From an uncultured Verrucomicrobiae bacterium (lineage in GTDB: Bacteria > Verrucomicrobiota > Verrucomicrobiia > Limisphaerales > Palsa-1400): DNA of 64,000 bases. Shown here one piece after another: positions 53,801 through 62,845 of the stretch. Every line of letters starts with the position of its first letter. Position 1 is the stretch's first letter. A program made the translations under genes and the position numbers. The notes under the pieces were generated by a model that made no database searches, was not told the origin of the DNA, and was given only the letters and a program-made list of their open reading frames with translations. Location: contig CAVWZG010000004.1 of NCBI GenBank assembly GCA_963759415.1, forward strand, positions 327,842 through 391,841, written 5' to 3'.

Positions 53801-55172
53801 CACTGGTGTCCAGCTACCTGAGGAATGGCCTCATCAAAGCCCTTATTATTCAGGGCTTTGTGAAGGCCCGTGTTGTTATCGACATCAGCTTCAACGTCAA
53901 AAAATCGCTCAAAAATCAAAAACATGCCTTGACAAATTTTGATTTGCCCCCGGTTCTGCCGCCTATAATGGTGGATGCAACCGCCTCCGACTCTTTTCTC
54001 TCAAATCGCCGGCAATCTGTATGCTGCGGAGTTTTCCCGCGCGTGTAAAAAATTTCCCAACGCCAAGCCTGCGCGCGGCCTCACGCAATACGACCATTTC
54101 CTGGCGATGTGTTTTGGGCAATTGACCTATCGCGAAAGCCTGCGCGACATTGTGGCCTGTCTGAATTCAAAACCCAAATTGCTTTACCATTTGGGATTCC
54201 GAGGCCGCATCACCCGGACCAATCTGGCCTACGCCAACAAGCACCGGGATTGGCGACTCTTCCAGAGCATGGCCCAAACGCTCATGCGTCGGGCCAGCCG
54301 TCTCTACCGGCCCGACTCCTTGGATCTGGACTTGCCCCACCTGGTCTTTGCGCTGGATTCCTCAATCATCTCGCTGGCGCTGAATTTGTTCCCCTGGGGC
54401 TACTACGCCAGAACCAAACAAGCCGCCCTGAAACTTCATTTAATGCTCTCTTTAGAGGGAAATTTGCCCGCGTGGGCGGTCGTGACTGGCGCCCACGTGG
54501 CCGACCTCACCATGATCGATCACATTCCCGTCTATCTCGGAGCGTACTACGTGATGGACCGCGGTTATATGGATTTTGTCCGCCTGTACCGTTTACACAA
54601 GGGCGGCGCTTTTTTTGTGGTGCGTTGCAAGGAACCGGTGAGCTTTCAAATCCTGGACCGAAGAACAGTCGATCAGTCTGCCGGCTTCAAGTGCGATCAA
54701 ACCGTGCGGTTAAAAAGCAATTGGTCGGCCACATCGTTTCCCGAGCCGATGCGAAAAATTCGCTTTTTCGATGCGGAAAACAAAGTCATGTTAGTTCTGC
54801 TCACGAACAACTTTTCGCTTTCAGCCCAGATGGTCGCCCAACTCTACAAGCAACGATGGCGGGTCGAACTGTTTTTCAAATGGATCAAACAACATTTGCG
54901 ACTGCGCGCCTTTTATGGCCGCTCCGAGAACGCGGTGCGCTGCCAAATCTGGTGCGCCATCTGTGCGTATCTGATGGTGGCGATAGTCAAGAAGCAACTC
55001 GGGATCAACAGAACCTTGAACGAAATTTTGCAAATTTGCAGTGTCAATATTTTCGAGCAAGCTGCTGCAACAGAGATACTTGCAACGAAAACGAATGAAA
55101 ACCTGTTGTCTGGCGGCCAGTTCGCTTTTCAGAAGTCCTTTGAGTTCAACGACTTATAGCTGGACACCAGTG
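53801..55172 (+). mobile_element. IS4-family insertion sequence, copy 2 (1372 bp), flanked by the 10-bp direct repeat CGCGGCAGCG
   Basis: Same terminal repeats (CACTGGTGTCCAGCTA) as copy 1. Target duplication at 53791-53800 and 55173-55182. Confidence 0.85.
53975..55159 (+). CDS. IS4-family DDE transposase
   Basis: The protein is identical to that of 50969-52153 in the ORF track. Confidence 0.9.
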   Translation: MQPPPTLFSQIAGNLYAAEFSRACKKFPNAKPARGLTQYDHFLAMCFGQLTYRESLRDIVACLNSKPKLLYHLGFRGRITRTNLAYANKHRDWRLFQSMAQTLMRRASRLYRPDSLDLDLPHLVFALDSSIISLALNLFPWGYYARTKQAALKLHLMLSLEGNLPAWAVVTGAHVADLTMIDHIPVYLGAYYVMDRGYMDFVRLYRLHKGGAFFVVRCKEPVSFQILDRRTVDQSAGFKCDQTVRLKSNWSATSFPEPMRKIRFFDAENKVMLVLLTNNFSLSAQMVAQLYKQRWRVELFFKWIKQHLRLRAFYGRSENAVRCQIWCAICAYLMVAIVKKQLGINRTLNEILQICSVNIFEQAAATEILATKTNENLLSGGQFAFQKSFEFNDL

Positions 55173-55241
55173 CGCGGCAGCGCCGCCCTACCATTGGGAA
55201 AAGGACTCGCGGGGCGGGGCTAGACTTGGCAAACTGGCGTT

Positions 55242-56390
55242 GTGGACCAAAATGAATATCCCCAGGACGGCTTCGCGCCGCCACCGCCGCCTCCGCCGCG
55301 ACCAGGCTTCAGCCAAAAGCTGAAGAAGGCGCTCGGGCCGGTCGGCGTCGCCATTTTCGCGCTGTTCGCCAAGTTCAAATTCGCCCTGCTCTTCGTCATC
55401 AAATATATCCCGCTGCTGCTGAAGACCGGCGGCACCATGATCCTGTCCGTTTGGCTTTACGCGATGGCTTGGGGAATCTGGTTCGCGGTGGGATTTGTTT
55501 TCCTTTTGTTCATTCACGAATGCGGACACTTGGTGGCGGCCAAACGCTTCGGTTTGAAAGTTGGGGCGCCTATGTTTATCCCCTTTTTTGGCGCGGTCAT
55601 CGCCTTGAAGGAGGCGCCTCGGAATGCCTGGGTTGAATCGGTGGTCGGCATTGGCGGACCGCTGCTGGGGTCGGCGGGGGCGCTGCTGTGCGAAATCATC
55701 TACCTGGCGACTGGCAATTTGATGTTTCGCGGCCTGGCCCACACCGGCTATTTGCTCAACCTTTTCAATCTTATGCCGGTCGGATTCCTGGATGGCGGGC
55801 GCATCGTTACGGCGCTTTCGCCTTGGCTATGGCTCCTGGGATTGGCGGTGCTCGTGTTCCTGACGATCACGCAGTTCAATTTTATTCTGCTGTTGATTCT
55901 GCTCTCCTCGCTGCCGCGTCTGTTCTCGCTCTTTCGGCGCAAAACCGACGAGGAGCGCCGGTATTTCGAGGTGACGCCGGAGCAACGTTTGGTGATGAGC
56001 GCGGGTTATTTCGGTCTCATCGTGGCGCTGGTGGTGGGCATGCGTCTGACCGCCATTCCCCGTGATTTATTGGAGCAAGGGCGCGGCGATAAGGTCGTAA
56101 TCGGTGTGCCCGATGATTTTCACGCGCGCGAATTCTCCCGCCACCGCCGCCTCTCCGCGAATATAAACGCGGCCATCGATGTCCGGCGCGTCGGCCTCGC
56201 TGCGGGCCACCCAATAACGCCCCTGCCCGCCGACGGCCAGGGAAGGCGCAGCAGTAGCGGAACGAATCAAGCCGTGCTCCCAGGAACGGACCTGGGCCGC
56301 GGCCAAATCCCGCGCGGCGGCCTCGCGTTCGACCAGGACCACGGCTTCGTTGCCGACGCGCGCGGCGGAGATTTCCCGGGCGATCTTTAA
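55242..56390 (+). CDS. M50 (site-2 protease) family metalloprotease; 3' end uncertain
   Basis: Pro-rich N-terminus, FIHECGHLVAAK (HExxH), FNLMPVGFLDGGRIV, multi-TM. The ORF stays open for about 320 nt into the convergent rimO gene (56067-), so the true C-terminus is unclear. Confidence 0.6.
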   Translation: MDQNEYPQDGFAPPPPPPPRPGFSQKLKKALGPVGVAIFALFAKFKFALLFVIKYIPLLLKTGGTMILSVWLYAMAWGIWFAVGFVFLLFIHECGHLVAAKRFGLKVGAPMFIPFFGAVIALKEAPRNAWVESVVGIGGPLLGSAGALLCEIIYLATGNLMFRGLAHTGYLLNLFNLMPVGFLDGGRIVTALSPWLWLLGLAVLVFLTITQFNFILLLILLSSLPRLFSLFRRKTDEERRYFEVTPEQRLVMSAGYFGLIVALVVGMRLTAIPRDLLEQGRGDKVVIGVPDDFHAREFSRHRRLSANINAAIDVRRVGLAAGHPITPLPADGQGRRSSSGTNQAVLPGTDLGRGQIPRGGLAFDQDHGFVADARGGDFPGDL

Positions 56391-57662
56391 TTGCTCGGTC
56401 ATGGCGCGTTGCTGGCGGCGTTTCTTGACCGAGTCTGTTATCTGCTCTTCCATTTTCGCGGCGCGCGTCCCGTCCTGTTGTGAATAGGTGAAGACGCCCA
56501 TGCGCTCGAAACGCGTGGCGCGAATAAACTCGAGCAAGGCGAGAAAATACTCCTCCGTCTCACCGGGGAATCCGACAATGAAAGTGGTGCGCAAGGCGAT
56601 GCCAGGGATGCCGGCGCGGATTCGGGCAATGAGATCGACGATGTATTGGCGCGAGGTTTCGCGGCGCATTCGTTCCAGCATGCTCTGGTGGATGTGCTGC
56701 AAAGGCATATCGACGTAGCGGGCCACTTTGGGGCACTCCGCGATGGCGGTGATCAGTTCGTCGGTCCAATGGGCCGGGTGCGTGTATAACAAACGAATCC
56801 AAAAATTTCCCGGCAGATCATTCAATTCGCGCAGGAGCGCGCAGAGGGTGGAAGCGTCAGCCGGCAAGGCGTGGGCGGCGGCGGTGAATTTTTCCGGCGA
56901 GGAGATGGCCCCCGAGCGGGCGGCGCGCAAATCCAGGCCGTAATAAGTGGAGTCCTGCGAGATGAGATTCAGTTCCTTGACGCCTTGGGCGATGAGTTCC
57001 CGGGCCTCGCGCACGATGTCGGCCTGGGGGCGGCTGCGGTGCGAGCCGCGCATGCGCGGAATGATGCAGAAACTGCACGGATGATTGCAGCCTTCGGCGA
57101 TCTTGACGTAGGCAAAATGTTTCGGCGTCAGGCGAAAGCGCGGCGTGGCGAAATCGGGAATATAAATGGGGCGCGGATTGACGTTGACGGGCGGCAGCTC
57201 CTTATCCAATTCGGCCAACCGCCCCGCCACTTCCTTGTCCGCCGATGCGTCCACGATGCCGCCGGCCACTCTCTGGCGCCGGCGGGCCAAGGCTTGCGAG
57301 ACGATGTCAGCAACATGGGCGACCTGGTCGATGCCCATGAAGGCATCCACTTCCGGCAGAAGTTTGGGAAGCTGATCGCGGAAGCGTTGCGGCAGGCAAC
57401 CGGCCACGATCAGGGCCTGGCCCGGATGGCCGCTCTGGCGCGACTGGGCGGATTCCAAAATGGCGTCGATGCTTTCCTCCTGGGCGGCGGCGATGAAGGA
57501 GCAGGTATTGACAATAAGAACATCGGCTGAAGCGGCTTCGTTGGTAATCTCACAGCCGGCCTGGATAAGCGAGCCAAGCATGATCTCGGCATCGACCAGA
57601 TTCTTGGCGCAGCCAAGCGAGATCAAACCCACGCGCACGGGAGCTGCCGCTTGAATCTTCAT
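56067..57662 (-). CDS. rimO: Radical-SAM methylthiotransferase, RimO-like (ribosomal protein S12 methylthiotransferase)
   Basis: MTTase N-domain VGLISLGCAKNLVDAEIMLG...VNTCSFI, radical-SAM cluster AEGCNHPCSFCIIP, C-terminal TRAM-like domain. ATGA overlap with the purB stop. Confidence 0.7.
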   Translation of the reverse strand: MKIQAAAPVRVGLISLGCAKNLVDAEIMLGSLIQAGCEITNEAASADVLIVNTCSFIAAAQEESIDAILESAQSRQSGHPGQALIVAGCLPQRFRDQLPKLLPEVDAFMGIDQVAHVADIVSQALARRRQRVAGGIVDASADKEVAGRLAELDKELPPVNVNPRPIYIPDFATPRFRLTPKHFAYVKIAEGCNHPCSFCIIPRMRGSHRSRPQADIVREARELIAQGVKELNLISQDSTYYGLDLRAARSGAISSPEKFTAAAHALPADASTLCALLRELNDLPGNFWIRLLYTHPAHWTDELITAIAECPKVARYVDMPLQHIHQSMLERMRRETSRQYIVDLIARIRAGIPGIALRTTFIVGFPGETEEYFLALLEFIRATRFERMGVFTYSQQDGTRAAKMEEQITDSVKKRRQQRAMTEQLKIAREISAARVGNEAVVLVEREAAARDLAAAQVRSWEHGLIRSATAAPSLAVGGQGRYWVARSEADAPDIDGRVYIRGEAAVAGEFARVKIIGHTDYDLIAAPLLQ

Positions 57663-58984
57663 TTGGACTTTCCGAAGACGTTGTCAAATTTCGCCGGGAT
57701 GTTTTCAAAGTGAAAATCAAGGCAGCAAAGTTTTTCCAGTTCGCCCTGGGCAAAATGCCGGTTGACCTCGGGATCCAGGCGCAGTTGGCGCAGGAAATCC
57801 GCGTCGTCGCGTCCGGCGTGTTTGGCCTGCCAGGTCTGCATGGCGTTGCGCTGCACCAATTCGTAGGCCGCCTCGCGCGTCAATCCCTTCTTGATGAGCG
57901 CCAGCAAGACGGTCTGCGAATTCCACAGGCCAAGGGAGAGCGCCAGGTTGCGCTTCATGTTTTCGGGATAGACGATCAGGCCCTCAGTCAATTTCCGCAG
58001 CGTGGCCAGCATGTAATCCAGCAGCGTGCAGGAATCGGGGAAAATAATCCGTTCCACCGAACTATGGCTGATGTCGCGCTCGTGCCAGAGGGCGACGTTT
58101 TCGAGGGCGGCCACGGCGTTGCCGCGCAGCACGCGGGCCAGGCCGGTCGAGGCGTTCGCCGGTGATGGGATTGCGCTTGTGCGGCATGGCGCTGGAACCT
58201 TTTTGCCCCGGGGCGAAAAACTCCTCGGCCTCCAGAACTTCCGTGCGCTGCAAGATGGCGGAACTCGGTGGCCCAGCGTTCGATGCTCGCGCCGATCACG
58301 GCCAGGACGCTGATGAACTCGGCGTGCAAATCGCGCGGCACCACTTGCGTGGCCACGGGGGCCGGGCGCAGGCCCAATTGGGCGCAGACGAAGTTTTCCA
58401 CCCGCGGCGAAAGATGGGCGCTGGTGCCGACGGCCCCGGAAAGTTTGCCCACCGCCACGCGTTGCGCGCGCCATTTGCAGCCGTTCCAGGGCGCGCGTGA
58501 ATTCATCGTGCATGAGCGCCATTTTCAAGCCGAAGGTGATCGGCTCGGCGTGAATGCCGTGGCTGCGGCCAATCATGGGCGTGAATTGGTGCTCGCGCGC
58601 TTTGCGGGCGATGACTTCGCGCAAGGCTTTGACCTCGGCCATGAGCAGGTCCGCCGATTGCGTCATTTGCACGGCGAAAGCAGTGTCAACAATGTCGCTG
58701 CTGGTCAGCCCGAAATGCAGCCAGCGGCTGGCGGGGGCGCCGATGTTTTCGGAGACATTGGTGGTGAAGGCGACGACGTCGTGGTTAAGGGTTTTCTCCA
58801 GCTCCTTGCAGCGTTCCACGGTAAAGGCGGCCTTGGCCTTCATTTGGGCGAAATCGGCGGGCGGCACCAGGCCCTCGGCGACCAGGGCTTCGGCGGCGAG
58901 CAACTCGATTTGCAGCCAGATTTCCAGCTTGCGTTGCTCTGTCCAAATGTCCCGCATGGCGGGCCGTGAATATCTCGCAATCAT
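57659..58984 (-). CDS. purB: Adenylosuccinate lyase, with three frameshifts that together restore the original frame
   Basis: Frame A gives [30 protein letters not shown]...[11 protein letters not shown]...[16 protein letters not shown] and the C-terminus ...[21 protein letters not shown]... The conserved middle lies in other frames: [48 protein letters not shown]...EFRHL (ORF 57988-58506) and [32 protein letters not shown] (ORF 58062-58253). Confidence 0.8.
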   Translation of the reverse strand: MIARYSRPAMRDIWTEQRKLEIWLQIELLAAEALVAEGLVPPADFAQMKAKAAFTVERCKELEKTLNHDVVAFTTNVSENIGAPASRWLHFGLTSSDIVDTAFAVQMTQSADLLMAEVKALREVIARKAREHQFTPMIGRSHGIHAEPITFGLKMALMHDEFTRALERLQMARATRGGGQTFRGRRHQRPSFAAGGKLRLRPIGPAPGPRGHASGAARFARRVHQRPGRDRREHRTLGHRVPPSCSARKFWRPRSFSPRGKKVPAPCRTSAIPSPANASTGLARVLRGNAVAALENVALWHERDISHSSVERIIFPDSCTLLDYMLATLRKLTEGLIVYPENMKRNLALSLGLWNSQTVLLALIKKGLTREAAYELVQRNAMQTWQAKHAGRDDADFLRQLRLDPEVNRHFAQGELEKLCCLDFHFENIPAKFDNVFGKSK

Positions 58985-59006
58985 GATTTAGGAATGGGTT
59001 GGGAGG

Positions 59007-59921
59007 TTAGCGCCGGGCCATTCGGCTGCGGGCGGCCTCCAGGATTTGGCGTTCGCGCTCCGTCAGGCTGTGAATGCCGTGGGCGGAAATTTTCTCCAGA
59101 ATCGGGTCCACCTCCTGGCTGATGAATTCGGCCGGGAGCAAATCTTCGGCCTTCTTTTTGGCGACGCGCACGGCGCGTTTGGGTGCAGGGGCGGCTGGTT
59201 CCTGCTTCCACGACCGCTGCTTGGAAAAGGGCCGCCAGAAGCGAAAAGGCTCGTGCGGTGTGGCCGCCCAGCGCATCCAGGCGATGCCCGTCAACATGCC
59301 ACCAAGGTGCGCCGCGTGGGCCACATTCCCGCCCAGACCGGGCATTTTGAGAAATGGGCCGAGCACCCCAAAGAGGGCGAGCGCGCCTTCCACGATCAGA
59401 AGCACTTTGGCCGGAAACGTCACCGGCAGGATGAAAAACAGCAGCAAGGTGATCGGATTGTCGGGCGCGTGGATGGCGAAAGCGGCAATCAACCCAAAGA
59501 CCCCGGCTGAGGCTCCGAGAACGCCCGTCCCAAAATAGACGGGAGAGCTCTGGCGCAAGACCATCTGGAGGGTGACTTGCAGCAATCCGCCGATGGTGCC
59601 GCTGACCAAGTACAACTTCAACATCTGCCTGCTGCCGAGAATGTTTTCGACAGCCCTTCCAAAGAAATAAAGGCCGATCAAATTCCCCAGCAAATGGAAA
59701 AGGCTGCCGTGCAGGAACTGAAAGGTGATCAGTTGGTATATTCTCCCATGACTCAAGCCATCGCCGCTCAAGGCCAGGAAATTCAGCACCCAATCCAGCC
59801 CCTTCCAACTTTGCAACACCATTTGCGCCAAATAACACCCCACCAGCGTGACACACAGAATTGTGGTCATCGACCAGCCGGGGCGATAGGGCGCGCGCAT
59901 GTATGGGCGGTCATCCAGCAT
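59007..59921 (-). CDS. Rhomboid-family intramembrane serine protease
   Basis: YQLITFQFLHGSLFHLLGNLIGLYFFG, GASAGVFGLIAAF (GxSG), AHLGGMLTG. Start taken at MLDDRPY (59921). Confidence 0.8.
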   Translation of the reverse strand: MLDDRPYMRAPYRPGWSMTTILCVTLVGCYLAQMVLQSWKGLDWVLNFLALSGDGLSHGRIYQLITFQFLHGSLFHLLGNLIGLYFFGRAVENILGSRQMLKLYLVSGTIGGLLQVTLQMVLRQSSPVYFGTGVLGASAGVFGLIAAFAIHAPDNPITLLLFFILPVTFPAKVLLIVEGALALFGVLGPFLKMPGLGGNVAHAAHLGGMLTGIAWMRWAATPHEPFRFWRPFSKQRSWKQEPAAPAPKRAVRVAKKKAEDLLPAEFISQEVDPILEKISAHGIHSLTERERQILEAARSRMARR

Positions 59922-59931
59922 CGGGACAAAG

Positions 59932-60444
59932 CTACCCGCTGCCGCCCGATATTTCAACGCTTTCACGCACATTTGGGCATTTTATCCTCTTGCTCATTTT
60001 CACGTGCGGCCCAGCCGTCGGTATTTCAAAGACCTCCGATACGATGCTCCATCCCTGTTTCTGATAAAAGCCGGCGGCAGGCAGCCGGGCATTGCACCAG
60101 AGCACGCTGGCCCTGCCCTCCAAGGCCGCCGTTTGCTCGGCCTGCATGATCATCTCCCGCCCCAACCCCTGGCGTTGATGCGGCTCGTCCACGGCCATGC
60201 CGCGAAGTTGCCAGGCTGGTTGGGCGTCGAAGGCATTGAGCATCAAACTCAGGCACCCAATCGCATGGTTCCCCGCGCGGCCGCGGGCATCGACCGCAAA
60301 CGCGGCCAAATGGAGAGTGGTTTGCGCCTCGTCACCGTTAAAGTGAGCGCTTTCCGGCGGCAGCCCGGCGCGCAAGATTCTGTGCCGCAGATCGAGGATT
60401 TTCTCCAAAGTGACGCGGCGGATTTCGATGTTGGGCGTCGTCAT
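59932..60444 (-). CDS. GNAT-family N-acetyltransferase
   Basis: WQLRGMAVDEPHQRQGLGREMIMQAE (acetyl-CoA binding Q/R-x-x-G-x-G), ARLPAAGFYQKQGW. Start taken at MTTPNIEI (60444). Confidence 0.7.
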   Translation of the reverse strand: MTTPNIEIRRVTLEKILDLRHRILRAGLPPESAHFNGDEAQTTLHLAAFAVDARGRAGNHAIGCLSLMLNAFDAQPAWQLRGMAVDEPHQRQGLGREMIMQAEQTAALEGRASVLWCNARLPAAGFYQKQGWSIVSEVFEIPTAGPHVKMSKRIKCPNVRESVEISGGSG

Positions 60445-60633
60445 GCGATTACGCAGCAAGGTGGGAGCTTGCGTGGCCGATGTCAACCGGCGAAGTACTA
60501 CTTCAAGATTTCGGACCTCTCGATTGAGAATTGGTCATTGAATATTTGTTATTGGTTATCGGAAGACCACTTTTCAATAGGGCGGGTTTTTCCCATTGAT
60601 TTATGATGAGCAGGCGCGTCAATGTGTTCTCTT

Positions 60634-61674
60634 ATGAATTACCAAAAGCACTTTTCGCGCGTCTTGTGTGTGGCTGGAATTGGGATGCTGGCGGCAATCG
60701 GGTTGAGCCAAACAGCTTCGGCGGCGAAGCCTTATAAAATCGTCAAGTCCTCCCAGACCATGGGCACGGGCGGCCTCGACTATGTTTATGCGGACAATGA
60801 TGGCCGACGCCTGTATGTTCCGCGCGGGAATCAAATCCACGTTTTTAACCTCGACACATTGAAGCCGGTCGGGAACATCACCAACACGGCGGGCCGCGGC
60901 GTGGCGGTTGACCCGAAGACCCATCACGGTTTTTGCAGCAGCAGTCCGGTGACCATGTTTGACACAACCACCCTGGAGGTGACCAAGAGAATTCCCGTGC
61001 AAGGCAAGCCGGATGGCATTCTCTTCGAGCCGGCCACGGAAAAGATCTATGTGATGAGCCACAAGGCGCCCAATGTCACGGTGATAGACGCCAGGAACGG
61101 CTCCATCGCGGGCACCATTGACCTGGGCGGCGGCCCGGAACAGGGAGCCAGCGATGCAGAGGGGCACGTCTATATTGAGCTTGAGGAGGAGAATAACATC
61201 GCCGTGGTTGATGCCAATACCCTCAAGGTGACGGGGCGCTTTCCGCTGCCGGGACGGCCCGGGCCGGCCGGGCTGGGTTTGGACGCGAAGAATCATATCC
61301 TCTTCGCCATGTGCCACGACCCGCAAAAGTGCTACATCCTCAGCGCTGACGATGGAAAAATACTGACCACTCTGCCCATCGCGGGCCGCTCGGATGGCGG
61401 CGGGTTCAATCCCAACACGATGGAAGCCTTCAGTTCCCACAAAAACGGCACACTGACCATTATCAAGGAAAACAGCCCAACGAGTTTTGAGGTCGAGCAA
61501 GACGTCCAGACCAAGGACGGCGCGAAGACCTGCACGCTCGACAGGAAGAATAACCGCATCATCGTCATCACCACCGAACAGGCTCCGGCTACCGCGGTTG
61601 CGGCAGGAGCCACGCCGGGCGGCGCGCGGCGCGACGGACCGAGCTTGCTTGATGTGCTTGTCATCGGACGGTGA
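60634..61674 (+). CDS. Secreted YncE-like / YVTN-type beta-propeller repeat protein
   Basis: Signal peptide MNYQKHFSRVLCVAGIGMLAAIGLSQTASA. Repeated blade-like units (GRGVAVDPKTHHGF; PDGILFEPATEKIYVMS; NVTVIDARNGSIAGTIDLGG; IAVVDANTLKV; PAGLGLDAKNHILFA). Confidence 0.55.
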   Translation: MNYQKHFSRVLCVAGIGMLAAIGLSQTASAAKPYKIVKSSQTMGTGGLDYVYADNDGRRLYVPRGNQIHVFNLDTLKPVGNITNTAGRGVAVDPKTHHGFCSSSPVTMFDTTTLEVTKRIPVQGKPDGILFEPATEKIYVMSHKAPNVTVIDARNGSIAGTIDLGGGPEQGASDAEGHVYIELEEENNIAVVDANTLKVTGRFPLPGRPGPAGLGLDAKNHILFAMCHDPQKCYILSADDGKILTTLPIAGRSDGGGFNPNTMEAFSSHKNGTLTIIKENSPTSFEVEQDVQTKDGAKTCTLDRKNNRIIVITTEQAPATAVAAGATPGGARRDGPSLLDVLVIGR

Positions 61675-61758
61675 AAGCCGCATCGAAATTGCGGACTGCC
61701 GGGGCGGAGGTTCTTTTTGTGGTTGATTTGCAAGGGGCAGCAGCCAAAATGCCGCCCT

Positions 61759-62838
61759 ATGAATTACCAAAAGCATGTTTTACGCGCCTTGGGCGTGGCT
61801 GGAATCGGAATGCTCACAGCCAGCGGCTTGAGCCAATCCGCTTCCGCGGCGGACTATAAAATCGTCAATTCCTCCCAGACCATGGGCACGGGCGGCATTG
61901 ATTATGTCTATGCGGACAATGACGGCGGCCGGCTCTATGTTCCGCGAGGCGGCCAGATCCTGGTCTTTGATCTGGAGACGCTCAAGCCCGTGGGCGCCAT
62001 CACCAACAGCGGCGGACACGGCGTGGCGGTGGACCCAAAGTCACACCACGGATTCAGCAGCCGGAGTCCCCTCACCATGTTTGACTCGAAGACCCTGAAG
62101 ACAATCAAGGACATTCCGGTGGAAGGCAGGCCGGACGGCATTCTTTTCGAGCCGGCCACGGAAAAGGTCTATGTTTTGAGCCACCAGGCGCCCAATGTCA
62201 CGGTCATCGATCCCAAGGATGGCTCCATTGCGGGCACGATTGACCTGGGCGGCGCGCCGGAACAGGCGGCCAGTGATGAGAAGGGCCACGTCTATATCGA
62301 TCTGGAAGACAAGGACAGCATCGCGGTGGTGGACGCCAAGACCATGAAATTGACGGCGACCTACCCGTTGGGCGGCAAGGGCGGCGGACCGGGCGGCTTG
62401 GGCTTTGACGTGAAGAATCATATCCTATTCGCCATGTGCCAGGACCCGGCCACGTGTGTGATCCTTGGCTCAGATGACGGAAAAATCCTGGCCACCCTGC
62501 CCATCGGCAAAGGCACGGACGGCGGCGGATTCAATCCCAAAACGATGGAAGCCTTCAGTTCCCAACGCGACGGCACCCTGACCATTATCAAGGAAAACAG
62601 CCCCACCAGCTTCGAGGTGGAACAGACGGTGCAAACCAAACCGGGCGCCAAGACTTGCACGCTGGACGCCAAGAATAACCGCATCGTTGTGATTACCGTG
62701 GAACTGACGCCGGCTCCGACGGCAGTGGCAGCGGCGACTCCTCCGGCCAATATGAATCAGCCTGGCGCCGGACGGCGCGGCGGACGGGGCGGACGCGGCG
62801 GTCCGGGTTTGCTGGACATTATGGCCGTCGGCCGCTGA
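61759..62838 (+). CDS. Secreted YncE-like beta-propeller repeat protein, tandem paralogue of 60634-61674
   Basis: Collinear with the upstream gene from the signal peptide (MNYQKHVLRALGVAGIGMLTASGLSQSASA) to the C-terminus. It carries an extra Gly/Arg-rich tail (GAGRRGGRGGRGGPGLLDIMAVGR). Confidence 0.55.
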   Translation: MNYQKHVLRALGVAGIGMLTASGLSQSASAADYKIVNSSQTMGTGGIDYVYADNDGGRLYVPRGGQILVFDLETLKPVGAITNSGGHGVAVDPKSHHGFSSRSPLTMFDSKTLKTIKDIPVEGRPDGILFEPATEKVYVLSHQAPNVTVIDPKDGSIAGTIDLGGAPEQAASDEKGHVYIDLEDKDSIAVVDAKTMKLTATYPLGGKGGGPGGLGFDVKNHILFAMCQDPATCVILGSDDGKILATLPIGKGTDGGGFNPKTMEAFSSQRDGTLTIIKENSPTSFEVEQTVQTKPGAKTCTLDAKNNRIVVITVELTPAPTAVAAATPPANMNQPGAGRRGGRGGRGGPGLLDIMAVGR

Positions 62839-62845
62839 AATCGAC

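Noticed and set aside
50946-55182. Two near-identical IS copies in inverted orientation flank the M50/zinc-ribbon gene, which looks like a composite transposon.
   Set aside because: Each copy has its own matching 10-bp target duplication: CGCTGCGCCG around copy 1 and CGCGGCAGCG around copy 2. They therefore inserted independently into two separate palindromes. The outer flanks do not form a duplication, and the matched TSDs also argue against inversion by recombination between the copies.
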